From the IMG/VR virus record IMGVR_UViG_3300031521_000033, positions 1 through 64,000 of that record: DNA of 64,000 nucleotides; one strand, written 5' to 3'. The notes below the pieces were generated by a model. The model worked only from the letters and a program-made list of their open reading frames with translations, did not search any database and was not told the DNA's origin. Source of the DNA: a virus. How positions within the stretch are numbered: position 1 is the first letter of the stretch; the number at the start of each line of letters is the position of its first letter. A program made the position numbers and the translations under genes. Of the stretch, positions 8,711-19,483 are shown piece by piece.

Positions 8711-8739
8711 TTTACATATTACATAAAGTATGCTATAAT
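8711..8739 (+). promoter_or_regulatory. Rightward promoter at the divergence point
   Basis: TTTACA-17-TATAAT with extended TG. Confidence 0.6.
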
Positions 8740-8878
8740 TAGTTTTAATAGTTTTTATTTTGTTTCCTATATAAGTATAAGGACTATGCAATAAAAACAG
8801 CACACAGGCAATACTACATAGCTTAAACTGTATTGCAACACTAAAATATATGTATTATATAGAAAGGAAGTCCATAAC

Positions 8879-9034
8879 ATGTTAAAAAGTAATATTCATA
8901 AGAAGATAACCAGTGAGGATAAATTTGCAAGAAAGTATTATTGTGATCATGCAAGACTAAATTCAATTAGGTTTGACAAGAAGTATAACAAACGTAAATT
9001 AAGAAGATACTTAAAAAATAAAATGAATGACTGA
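8879..9034 (+). CDS. Small basic hypothetical protein (51 aa)
   Basis: Not in the ORF track; RBS GAAAGGAAG; MLKSNIHKK...KMND. Confidence 0.55.
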   Translation: MLKSNIHKKITSEDKFARKYYCDHARLNSIRFDKKYNKRKLRRYLKNKMND

Positions 9035-9041
9035 AAAGTAC

Positions 9042-9070
9042 TTTACAAAAAGGTATAGTTGTGTTATACT
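9042..9070 (+). promoter_or_regulatory. Rightward promoter for the plus-strand accessory operon
   Basis: TTTACA-17-TATACT with extended TG. Confidence 0.6.
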
Positions 9071-9104
9071 ATAAATATAGTATAAATTAAAGGTGGTTTT
9101 TATA

Positions 9105-9272
9105 GTGGATAAAATTTATGGTAAGAAAACTAAACAAATGAACATTAAATTACCTATAGAACAAATGCACAAATTCCAAACAAAATGTGATGATGAGGGT
9201 ACTAATGTGTCAGCAAAGGTTAGATATTTTATTCTAAGATACTTGGAAGGTAGATTAATATGCAAGAATTAA
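9105..9272 (+). CDS. Ribbon-helix-helix (Arc/CopG-like) DNA-binding protein, 55 aa
   Basis: GTG start with RBS AGGTGG; KQMNIKLPIEQMHKFQTKCDDEGTNVSAKVRYFILRYL fits the RHH strand-helix-G-x-S-helix pattern. Confidence 0.65.
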   Translation: MDKIYGKKTKQMNIKLPIEQMHKFQTKCDDEGTNVSAKVRYFILRYLEGRLICKN

Positions 9273-9418
9273 AGACAGATGATATTGAGTATATGATTGA
9301 ATTTGCATATCAAACAATGTATATTCCTGACTCAGCGGCTAGATGCTATGATGCTGCAATGAATCAATTAGAAAAAATTAAAGAATATATCAAGGTGAAT
9401 AAAAATAATGAACAATAA
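9260..9418 (+). CDS. Hypothetical protein (52 aa)
   Basis: Overlapping-gene chain, RBS GGAAGG. Confidence 0.5.
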   Translation: MQELKTDDIEYMIEFAYQTMYIPDSAARCYDAAMNQLEKIKEYIKVNKNNEQ

Positions 9419-9587
9419 TGAGTTAGATCTAAACCATGAAATAAACGAAAATGTAAATGCAACAGCATCAATAACCGAAGATAAGGTTGCTATTGGTGTT
9501 GATTACAAAATATCAGATGCAACAATATTATCAGTATCAAAAAATAACAAAGGTGAATCAGCCGCAAAATTAACAATTAATATATAG
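9408..9587 (+). CDS. Hypothetical beta-strand-rich protein (59 aa)
   Basis: RBS AAGGTG; alternating hydrophobic strands. Confidence 0.5.
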   Translation: MNNNELDLNHEINENVNATASITEDKVAIGVDYKISDATILSVSKNNKGESAAKLTINI

Positions 9588-9601
9588 GAGGAAACTAACT
9601 T

Positions 9602-9952
9602 ATGACAGGATTAGAAATTTCAATGCAATTACAGGAATTAGATGTAGATATTAATTCTATTTATGAAACAATGAATACATCAATTTCAAAAACAGCAAAA
9701 GATGAGTTAAAAAAGGTATTAGCAGTATTAGGTGATAGGTATAGTGAATTATCTACAACCTCGTATCGACCAGTTAGTGGTGTTATTAATTGTAAGGGAG
9801 AACATATGGATTACTTATCTCTTAATGGGATTATGTGTAAGTTTACAAAAGATGACACAGCAGAAAATCTAATTAAAGAATTTAAAAATTATAATTGGAA
9901 ACGCGAAGTACAGGGTAAATTTGCAGAAGATGATGGGAGCCATGGAAATTGA
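9602..9952 (+). CDS. Hypothetical protein
   Basis: RBS AGGAGG; operon context. Confidence 0.7.
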   Translation: MTGLEISMQLQELDVDINSIYETMNTSISKTAKDELKKVLAVLGDRYSELSTTSYRPVSGVINCKGEHMDYLSLNGIMCKFTKDDTAENLIKEFKNYNWKREVQGKFAEDDGSHGN

Positions 9953-10149
9953 ACAATATTATGATAACATTAAAATTATCGGAAGAGCAGATTATTGCAC
10001 TTGGTGATAATGCAGAAAAAGAAGAATTTAAAAATGATAAAGAGTCTATGATTGGTTTATATAATTTGTTATTATATAAGAAAGTAAAAGAAATATTAGT
10101 ACCAGCGGATGCATTTATTGCAATTAGAAAGTGGGTTGGATTAGATTGA
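9949..10149 (+). CDS. Hypothetical protein
   Basis: TTGA overlap with the upstream gene. Confidence 0.6.
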   Translation: MNNIMITLKLSEEQIIALGDNAEKEEFKNDKESMIGLYNLLLYKKVKEILVPADAFIAIRKWVGLD

Positions 10150-10310
10150 AAAAAGCAAGTGAAGAAAAATTCTTCGAATGGTTTTATTTTAACTGTGACT
10201 TTGGACCTAGTGATTCAGATTACCGGGATAGAAAAGTTAAAGAGTTTGAAGAAGCAACAGGATTAAAAGCACCAGATGGTTTTGGAGAGGAATGGGAAAA
10301 TGCAGAGTAA
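10146..10310 (+). CDS. Small acidic phage protein (54 aa)
   Basis: TTGA overlap; WFYFNCDFGPSDSD...TGLKAPDGF. Confidence 0.55.
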   Translation: MKKASEEKFFEWFYFNCDFGPSDSDYRDRKVKEFEEATGLKAPDGFGEEWENAE

Positions 10311-10803
10311 ATATAAAGTTGGGGATAAGGTTAGGATTAAAAGTTGGGAAGAACTTTTAAAAATTGGTAAAGAGTGTTATGCAGATCAGTCTATATACTT
10401 TGAAGAGATGCATGGTTATTTAGATAGGGATGATAGTTCTTTATGCGGTAATGTATTCAAAATCAGAAGTATAAGTACTCTTGGTAAGTTCTTTGTTGAT
10501 GCCCCAACTCATGCTATATTTTGTGATAATATGGTAACACCAGTTACAGAAGAAGATAAAAAACCTGACCTATACTTAAAATATGTAAAAGATGACGTGG
10601 TTGAACATCCAAGTCATTATACAACAGGTAATATTGAGGTTTGGGACTATATTAATGATCAAAACTTAGATTATTTTCTTGGAAACGCTGTAAAATACAT
10701 CAGCCGGGATGGAAAAAAGGATAAATCAAAGGAAATTGAAGATTTAGAGAAAGCGGTTGCATATTTAAATAAAAAAATAAGTATTTTAAAGGAGAATGTA
10801 TAA
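10300..10803 (+). CDS. DUF3310 (T7 gp1.7/SaV-like) domain protein with an N-terminal KOW/SH3-like domain
   Basis: VEHPSHYTTGNIEVWDYI, GNAVKYISR, EDLEKAVAYL; N-terminal KYKVGDKVRIK. Confidence 0.8.
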   Translation: MQSKYKVGDKVRIKSWEELLKIGKECYADQSIYFEEMHGYLDRDDSSLCGNVFKIRSISTLGKFFVDAPTHAIFCDNMVTPVTEEDKKPDLYLKYVKDDVVEHPSHYTTGNIEVWDYINDQNLDYFLGNAVKYISRDGKKDKSKEIEDLEKAVAYLNKKISILKENV

Positions 10804-10805
10804 TT

Positions 10806-10952
10806 ATGCCACTGTCAAAAGGTAAAAGTAATAAAAGTATTTCAAAAAATATAAAAACAGAAATGGCAAGCGGTAAATCACAGGCACAATCAGTGGCAAT
10901 TGCATTATCTGTTGCTAAAAAGGGTAAAAAATCAAAGAAAAAAGGTAAATAA
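10806..10952 (+). CDS. Small basic conserved phage protein (MPLxKGKS...QxVAIAL family), 48 aa
   Basis: MPLSKGKSNKSISKNIKTEMASGKSQAQSVAIALSVAKK; RBS AAGGAG; missed by the ORF track. Confidence 0.7.
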   Translation: MPLSKGKSNKSISKNIKTEMASGKSQAQSVAIALSVAKKGKKSKKKGK

Positions 10953-10953
10953 T

Positions 10954-13161
10954 ATGTCAGATGAAGAAGTTTTTATACAAAACGCTAAAAATTACCATGA
11001 AAAGCATCCAGAGGTTGATATGGTTACTGCAAAGTATCAAGGTGCTTATAATAATTGGTGTTCTAAGATGTTTGATAAATATTCTGACTCTAATTATACA
11101 GTTGTATTCAGAACAGATGGAAAGGAGATTAATTAATGTTCATGGAAAACACAAAATTATATGTAACAGTTGAATCAAGGTATAAAATTGGTCAGCGGGT
11201 TTCAGATACATTTTTAGGTCATCAAAATGGTATTGTAATTGATATGAAGTTAGATGAAATAGATGATGTGTATTACTTTGTATATAAAATAGAATTAGAA
11301 TCAAGTGGTGAAACTGTAGAAATAAATGAGAGCAATTTAAAGGTTATTGACATTATATAATAAACGTGATATTATAGTGACAAAGGGGATAGTAAATATG
11401 AATAAATTTATTTGTAGTAAGTGTGGAACAGATATTAACTTAGAAAATGATAAATATGGGTATAGTCTGGATAGATGCCATGAGATTAGATTGGGAAGAG
11501 TTGGCTATGGTTCCATATTTGATGGATGTGATCTTAATTTTAATTTATGTGACGATTGTTTATATAAATTCATTCAATCATTTACAGAAAAAGGTAAAAA
11601 TAAAGTAATGCAATCAGGTTGTTGGCAAGAGTATAAACCGGACAATACAGTTGCGGAACAGTTGCGTGATTTTATAGGCAAGATCAAAGGAAATAAATAT
11701 TATATATTTGGAAGGAATAAAAAATGAAAATTATAAAATTAGTAAAAAATGGTCATGATAATTATTATGCAATGTTTGACAAAGAATTTCCAGTATTAAC
11801 ATATGAAAAGATTGGTTCAGATTATGTTGGATCAGTCAAAGATGACAATGGAAATGTTATATTAAGTAATGTATTAAAGTGGGAAAGTTGGCCCGGTGCA
11901 TTTGGTGGAAGAGAAATAACACTAAAAATGAAAGATGGTACTGATCAAGTAATTAAAGATTATTGGTATGATTGTGGGTATGATTCAAATGAAGGTGAAT
12001 TTATTTCGATTGGGGCCGGAACGTTAGAAGAACTACAAAAATGTTTTGTATATTATAGTCTAAACATTAAATTGTCCACATTTGAAGAAATGGTTAATGA
12101 ATATTTATCACGGGACAAATTATATGACTATAAAGAAGTAGAAGAATGGGCAAAGATTCAGTATAAATGGTATCCTCTTGTGGTTCACGGTAAAGTTCGT
12201 CCGTTTATGATGAATAAATTTGGTATGGTTGTAACAGCGGAAACCAAAGAACGTGTTTATACAGAACGATTTAATAGACGAAGAAAAGATGGTAAATTAT
12301 ATAATTATTTTAAAATGTCATATAATGATGGGACCAGATTAGTAAAATTAGAGGATACATATATTAATGTATGCCTAGAAACGCTCACAACGTACTGTAG
12401 AGACGAAATAATTACAAACTGTAAGCTAGATCCAGAAACAAATAAAGCACCACTTACAAAGGAACAACAGGATGAAATTAAACCAATTAAGAGTGATATT
12501 AAATTATTGAAGGATCTATTGAAACGGCACGATGCAGAAGATTTAATATCATTAACATTTTTGGAAGATCAATTACAAAAAAGAGTAGAGGAGTTTTTAA
12601 AATGATAACATTATATAATAAAGTAAATAATACAACTGTTGGCATATTTAATTCAATGGATGAAGCTAATGAGATTAATGATAATACAGGAAGGTTTACA
12701 CCAATTGATACTAACGTTACAAATTATATTATAGAAGCACAGGGTGTAGTTAGGGTAACACCTAGTAGAGAATTAGCAATAAGATATTTTGATCTTGGCA
12801 TGGCTACAATTAAAAAACTACAACTAGAAGAACAATTTATTGTGGGGGCTTGGTAATGGGACTTATATGGTGGATGTTATATAAATTAAGGCATTTTTAT
12901 TTAAGTGATGAAGATAGTTGTAGACTAACGATAGGCGTAGTATATGCAAAAAAGGGAACAAACCCATTTGAAAAAGATTATGAAGAACAAGTGGCCCTTG
13001 GAGTAAAAAATGGATTTGTACGGTATAAGTTCAGACATCCACAGGATCGATACAAAGAATGGATTGGTTGTTCATGTACATGCAGTTCTTACATTCTTAC
13101 AATATTTACCGATGATATGGAAATAATTGATATTGATTATTATGGAGTGATGGGTAGATGA
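10954..13161 (+). CDS. Chain of hypothetical proteins (10954-11136, 11136-11360, 11398-11727, 11724-12605, 12602-12856, 12850-13161)
   Basis: Tightly coupled ORFs with RBSs; no recognisable function. Confidence 0.65.
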
Positions 13162-13913
13162 GTGATGCAGATACAACAGAATCGCTTAGAGTAGCGTTAC
13201 GCAGTCGATATCAAATGCCTGAGTGGATATTAATGGAGGAAGTTGGAAATGCAACTGGTTGCCGCTGTAGTCGTTATGCAGATGCATTAGCATACAATCT
13301 TTATCCATCTAAGAACTACCAAAAGATTGGCTTTGAAATTAAAGCCTCAAAAGGTGATCTTAGGAGAGAATTAAAGGATGGTTCAAAGTCTGATGCAATT
13401 GCCAAATACTGTGATGAATGGTATTTGGTAGTTCCAAAAGGTTTATGCGATAACGAAGAAATTCCTTTAACATGGGGAATTATGGAATTAAATAATGACA
13501 AACTCAGAATAAAAAAGAAACCAGAAAAACTTGTTAATAAAATTCCATTTGATAATGACATTATTTCAGGAATTTTACAGTCCGTCATTAGACTTGCAAG
13601 AAATCGTTATGATTGGAATGCTAGTATTATACAAAGAAAACTCGAGAAGGAAAATGAAAAACATATTGCAGATAGAATTGCACAAAGATTATCAGAAGTT
13701 GAAACTGATCTTGCTGCATTAAAGGATATAAAACAAAAATTAGGACTAAGTTCATATAGACCAATTGATTCAGATGAATTTGTTAAAAACTATAAACTTG
13801 CACAGAAAATATCAGATCAGTATGTTGAGTATAGAGCACAATCACTTGAAACAGTTGCAAAGAGATTAATTGAGGATGCAACAGAATTACGTAAAATAGA
13901 AAAAGGAGAATAA
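13158..13913 (+). CDS. MmcB-like PD-(D/E)xK nuclease-fold protein
   Basis: EEV...RYADAL...GFEIKASKGDLRREL...K...YCDEWYLVVP. Confidence 0.7.
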   Translation: MSDADTTESLRVALRSRYQMPEWILMEEVGNATGCRCSRYADALAYNLYPSKNYQKIGFEIKASKGDLRRELKDGSKSDAIAKYCDEWYLVVPKGLCDNEEIPLTWGIMELNNDKLRIKKKPEKLVNKIPFDNDIISGILQSVIRLARNRYDWNASIIQRKLEKENEKHIADRIAQRLSEVETDLAALKDIKQKLGLSSYRPIDSDEFVKNYKLAQKISDQYVEYRAQSLETVAKRLIEDATELRKIEKGE

Positions 13914-13915
13914 TA

Positions 13916-14588
13916 ATGAAAATTGTTAAAGTATGCGGTACATGCGATTGGCATGATGAGTTTACATGTGTATGCTGTAATGGTAGAAGTAAATTTAGGG
14001 CTGATGTTACAGAATTAATTGGAACATGCAGATTTTGGACGGATAAAAACAAAAACGTATTAGGTGAAATATTTGCAAGCAGTTGTGGTAATGATGGTAA
14101 GCCAACTTTAGACAAGATTGGTTCAGATAATGTTAATACAAGAATACTAGAACAGTCTGTATTAAGAAATATTGTTCCTAAAGAATTTGTAAGTCAGGTA
14201 CATTTGAAAGGAAGTCTATAATATGAAAACAGGTATCGACGCATTTGGAGAAGAAGTATTAATTGGGGATCAGGTAGTTTATAATACAGGATATTCCGCT
14301 TATTCTAAAATAAATGGAGTAAACTACAAGGCATTAAATAAGGGAATTGTAACAAAGATTACTCCAAAGGGAGTTACAATAGGTAAATTAATTAATAGAC
14401 CATCAAATAAAATTTATAAAACTAATTCACATAGGATTGAATTTTTAACTAAAATAATTATAAATATGCAAGACGCACTTATAGAGTTAGCATATCTTGG
14501 AGGAAATATAGGAAGCTATGGAAATAGTGAGGGTAATAAAATTGCAATTAATGCATTGGAAAGATTTTATAAGGAAATTGAAACATAA
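13916..14588 (+). CDS. Two hypothetical proteins (13916-14221 Cys-rich; 14223-14588)
   Basis: RBSs, operon context. Confidence 0.6.
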
Positions 14589-14817
14589 TGTACAGTAGGA
14601 ATAAACAGTTTAAGAAAGCAGTTAGGATAATGGGATTATATGGAACCAATGTAAACAACAATATTTTTATACGCGCGTTGAATTATATCGATAAAATGTC
14701 TAAAGAAACTAAAATACTACTTGCAAATATGAAAAGGATATGATATAATGAGTAATAGAGAAATTGCAAAACAGTTATGTAAAGAATTTATCATAAGAAA
14801 AAAGGGGAATAAATGAA

Positions 14818-15627
14818 ATGGGATTTTTAGAAAATGTAAATTTGGAAAAGATACAAAGTAAAGATGATGATATTGTTGATGTATTATTTTATATTTCTGG
14901 TGGAAACTCCGAAGATAATAGAGTAATTAATATGCATAAATATGATATGTATAATAATGGAGTGTTTTTAAGATATCGTAATAGATTTGATGAACCAACA
15001 AGGCAAGAAATTTTAACCATGAAGTCAAAAGAAAGTTATCGTTATGCAGATAGTTATTTACGTGATAAAGTAAATAATGTTGTGAATGGTATACTAAATG
15101 GTTTATATAATGAATTAATTTGCCGTAGGCGGGAATGCATTGCTGAATTATTACAAACTGGAAAACTAGAATCAGTATTTGAATTTGACGGATCAAATAA
15201 GCCTAAATTATTTGAATATGAATTTGATATTAGTGAATCTACATTAGATGATTTAAAAGTTCCAGAAGGAAGTCGATGTGCAATTGTATCAATTAATACG
15301 TTTAAAAAAATAGTTGATTTAATAGGCGTAAAACTTGGTATTGGAGTTATTGCATCAAAATATTATAAAGATAATATAATTACATTTTTACCAACACTTC
15401 ATATTGGTGAGTTATTAATTGGTATTACACCAGAGGAAGCAGATAATTATAATAGGAATAATTATAAAACAAAAGTATTTGATAATACCGGAATCGCTGT
15501 ATCATGTTTTTGTCCTGAAACATCTCCGTCAAATTTAGAAATGATTATATCAACATTATTCTTACCGAAGTTGTCAAAGGGAATAGAAGATCAAATTAAA
15601 ATTGTAAAAATAAAGGATGATAAATAA
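14818..15627 (+). CDS. Divergent major capsid protein E-like protein
   Basis: DEPTRQEILT, RRECIAELLQTGKL and ITFLP..IGELLIGITPEEAD..TGIAVS..PSNLEMIISTLFLP resemble Bacillota Phage_cap_E segments; shorter than a typical MCP and outside the head module. Confidence 0.6.
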   Translation: MGFLENVNLEKIQSKDDDIVDVLFYISGGNSEDNRVINMHKYDMYNNGVFLRYRNRFDEPTRQEILTMKSKESYRYADSYLRDKVNNVVNGILNGLYNELICRRRECIAELLQTGKLESVFEFDGSNKPKLFEYEFDISESTLDDLKVPEGSRCAIVSINTFKKIVDLIGVKLGIGVIASKYYKDNIITFLPTLHIGELLIGITPEEADNYNRNNYKTKVFDNTGIAVSCFCPETSPSNLEMIISTLFLPKLSKGIEDQIKIVKIKDDK

Positions 15628-17820
15628 TATGCCAATAGAATTAGAAGAAAAACTACAAGAGGTAAATATTGGGCAAACAATAATTGACTTAAATGAAATG
15701 TTAGATTATTTTTGTACACAAAATAAATGTAACAATTGTAAATTAAATACAAAAAAAGGAAATTGTTTTAAAAATAAAGCACAAGAAAACATGGAAAAAA
15801 TAGTAAACAAATTTGAGGAAGAGGTTTAATATGAAAACTGATAAAGAATTAGAAAAGATTATTTATAAATGTAAAGATGCTCTTGATGAATATTGTGAGA
15901 ATTGTGCCGTGTGTACCCCATGCAAATTACAGACAATATCAGGTAAATGTGTTAAGGTTAAGGCGAATAAAAACCTACGTAAACTATTAAAATTATTAGA
16001 ACTGAAAACAGTTGAGGTTTCACTATGAAAGTATATGCAGTTTTTACAAATGAGTATGCAGATGGATGGGGGTGTTCATACCACTGCCATGGTATATTTA
16101 GTACAGAAGAATTAGCATTAGCTGCAAAGTATAAAGACGAAGCAGGTAATATATGGCCGGTAGGGCCACAAGATATTTGCTACATAGAACTAGATTCTAA
16201 AAATGTTGATGAGTATATAGGAGGATATAGCGAATGAATAACAGATTACGCGCAAGATTACATCACCATAAAATAAGAATTAATGTAATCCGATATATGG
16301 TATATTCATGAAGTTATGTCAGCAAAGGATTATGATCCTTGGTATGAATCAGATTATGGAGATTATAGAATAAGCAATAGTAACATTAAAGCGGTTGCAT
16401 ATTATCCTGAATCTAATCATGTAGAAGTGTGGTACAGATGAATACAATTACAGTAAACGAAGATAGACTAATACAGATATTAGAAATATTTTCAGAACAT
16501 GTTCCATGCCATAATTGTCCATGCAATAATACAAATATATGTAAAAATAGTGCAGTATTAAGTGGTGATTATTGTGATGATGGTATTATGGAGTATTTAA
16601 AAGAAGGCGTTGATAAATATGAATTATAAAATAGGGGATAAAATTGTAGTAGTAGATACAGAATTTACAGATTATGATAAATTAAAGGATAGAATATTTG
16701 TTATTTTACATATTACATCACTAGATTTTATGATATTTGAAGATGATTTATTGAAAGATATTATAAAAAATCAGAGTATTATAATTCAGTTATTAACAAT
16801 ACTAACAAAGAGGGTGTAGTATATGAGTAGAGAACCGTTAGACGATTTAAAAGAATTAGCAATAGTAGGAAAGTATACATGGAATACTAATGTAAATAAG
16901 GAATTTATAAAAGCAATTGAAAATTTAGAATCAGCACATTTTGTGAATGATTTAATTTCATTCAAGGACAGACGGCCAAATATTTCAGATAGATTTGTAG
17001 TATATGTAAATGCAGCACATAGAATATTAACGTGCATAAATGAGATAACATATGAAGATGAAAATAGTAATAAGTATGCATCTTGTTGTTTTGATGATCA
17101 GTATTATATTAAGATTAAAAAGGAGAAATTGCAATGACAGTAAAAGAATTAAAAGAAGAACTTGAAAAGTATGATGACAAGGATGAAGTATATTATTATA
17201 ATAATATTGAGGGTTATTTTATTGTTGAAGAGGTTGAAGAAGTATCAGATGGGGTGATATTGAAATGACAAGACTGGATAAATTAAAACAGGAATTAACA
17301 TCTTGTAAAACAATTGAAGATATTTGCAAGAAGATAGATGATATTATATATGACTGTAATTTATGTATCTATAAAAATGACTGCATAAAGTATGGTAGAG
17401 TAGATAGTTGCTCAGATGGTAAGAATAAATACTTTGAGCAGGAGTGCAAATAATGTTAATAATACTGTCTGTATTATTATATTCAGTTATGATATTACTA
17501 GAATATAAATATGATCTCATAAGAACAAAAAACATATTTGTTAACCTGTATATCATAATATTGGATGTGGCAATGTTATTACTTTTAATTAATATGATAG
17601 GAAATAAACTATGAAATACTATGTTGCAGATTTAGATAAACGTTTTTGTGATATTGATCCAGATGATAACGGCATAGCCACATTAAGATGGTTTATTATG
17701 AACCGGGCAAAAGAATATGGAGATCCTGATCCTGAATCAATGGCCAGAAGACTTAAAACAATGACAGACGAAGAATTAACGGAAATAATAGAATTATATG
17801 ATTATTTGGATATGAAATAG
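15617..17820 (+). CDS. Cluster of small hypothetical proteins, several Cys-rich (15617, 15813, 16025, 16429, 16610, 16823, 17265, 17611)
   Basis: Coupled ORFs with RBSs. Confidence 0.6.
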
Positions 17821-17823
17821 TAT

Positions 17824-17850
17824 AAGCATCCTACGGGGTGCTTTTATTTT
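17824..17850 (+). terminator. Rho-independent terminator ending the plus-strand operon
   Basis: AAGCATCC-TACG-GGGTGCTT followed by a T-run. Confidence 0.85.
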
Positions 17851-18070
17851 TGCCCAAATGACATTCATGGTCCATTTAAAATTTATACAGAGATTATATT
17901 AAAATGGATTTTAGATTAATGCCCCTAGGACTCCACAGGTTGAGTTATAATATACAATGCATATACTTATATACCTTACCATACAAAGTATCAACACGGG
18001 TGATTGTGAAGGGTAAGTTGTTATAATATCATTTGCCCGGGAGTATTAATGTGGCAGTTTTATAATATGG

Positions 18071-18164
18071 TAACAAGGCTGCAAAGTTGGAAGGCATTAC
18101 AGTAAGACATTTGGGAATAAGATAACAAGTTTTAAAAGTTGGAACGGTACACAGTAAGACATTT
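18071..18164 (+). repeat. Two direct repeats, 52-bp period
   Basis: TAACAAG-n5-AAAGTTGGAA-n6-ACAGTAAGACATTT at 18071 and 18123. Confidence 0.85.
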
Positions 18165-18240
18165 ATTGAAATTATAAAATTTTGTGATACACCCCGCATA
18201 CGTTTAAACTGAAAAAAGATTAAGGGTACGCCCCCCTACC

Positions 18241-18270
18241 ATTATACCATGGACTGTTGCAGCCTGTCAA
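18241..18270 (-). promoter_or_regulatory. Leftward promoter inside the non-coding region
   Basis: TTGACA-18-TATAAT with extended TG. Confidence 0.55.
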
Positions 18271-18885
18271 GAAGAATGTTTATACAGTTTGATGAATAAT
18301 AATGCACGTTGGCAAATATCCGATAAATACTCATTATCGGAAAAAAGTACACCAATCCTTTTGAATATAGGGGTTTGAAGGTTTTAAAACTGCATTTGCC
18401 TACGCTTTGCCAACGCATTTGGATTACTGAATTTATGCATGCATATTTGGGGGGAAAAAGTTAGTCATGTTTTGATACCCTATAGAATTACTCTTGATTT
18501 TATACTGCATTTTCAATAGGACTGATACAGGCATACAATATATTAACCTATATAAGTATAAAGGCATAGTAATAAAGTACGCTTAAAACACATTCTACGA
18601 GGTCATATTTACAGTTGATCCTAATATAATCTAATGAATTGCTGTTGCAGTCCTGTCGTTGTATACAACTCTTGCAATGTCCATCATACAAACACACAAC
18701 TGCATCAATATATTCCATATTATGTTAATTTAGTTGAATAATAGCTATTTTATAGGGTGCAATATATGCCTTTTACCTCATATCATAAACAATTCAGTCA
18801 ATTGTGTCCTATGCATACACACATTGCATGATCTAAATTGCTATTGGAGTGTTGCAAGTTGCCGTGTAGGCGTGTGTCAATCCCG

Positions 18886-18962
18886 CTTTTGCAATCATTT
18901 TTTGTAATTTGTGTATCTTTTAATACTATATTGACACCTTTTGCAATCATTTTTTTTGTAAA
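18886..18962 (+). repeat. Two direct repeats, 52-bp period
   Basis: CTTTTGCAATCATTTTTT(TT)GTAA at 18886 and 18938. Confidence 0.8.
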
Positions 18963-19483
18963 ATGTTTATACAATTGATAATATTATAATGCATTTGTAC
19001 TACAATCATGTAATTGTTGGTGTAATTACTCTGTAATGCAACATACTAACTCAATCTATCTATATAATCATACTAATATACCTATTATCCTTTACTTGTT
19101 ATATTCCTTATACTGTGATATAATTATAATGATAGTATTCTTATACTTAGTATTTATAAAGAACATTATACTTATTACAACTCTTATTCATACTCTTAAT
19201 ACAATGGGTTCTTATTCTCGCTCGGCTACCCTATATAAAGCCTTATATTCACTCTGCACGTCCATACTACAACTACCCTTATACTTATACCAATTCATAT
19301 ATTACTTTCTTTATATCAGCAGCCGGACTGTACAACATCAATACAATAGATAGTAATAATCTTATTTGCATATTTTACTTATTTGATTATATTCCTAATT
19401 AATAATATTCTTAATTAGTTTTATTATTATAAAGTTATATTATCAACTTGTTATATTATTATTATTATTTAAAAATGGGCAAA

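Larger units (their letters stand above)
17851..19480. other. ~1.6 kb non-coding convergence region (candidate genome end, pac site or origin)
   Basis: No credible ORF; flanked by convergent transcription units; C/G runs and direct repeats. Confidence 0.5.

Noticed and set aside
10900-11173. Track ORF start at 10900 and ORF 10961-11173
   Set aside because: Better explained by 10806-10952 followed by an ATG at 10954; 10961 is an off-frame overlap
18071-18164. Possible CRISPR mini-array
   Set aside because: Only two degenerate copies with a very short spacer, and no cas genes
19036-19353. 105-aa hydrophobic plus-strand ORF
   Set aside because: No RBS; low-complexity Y/L/I composition typical of AT-rich non-coding DNA
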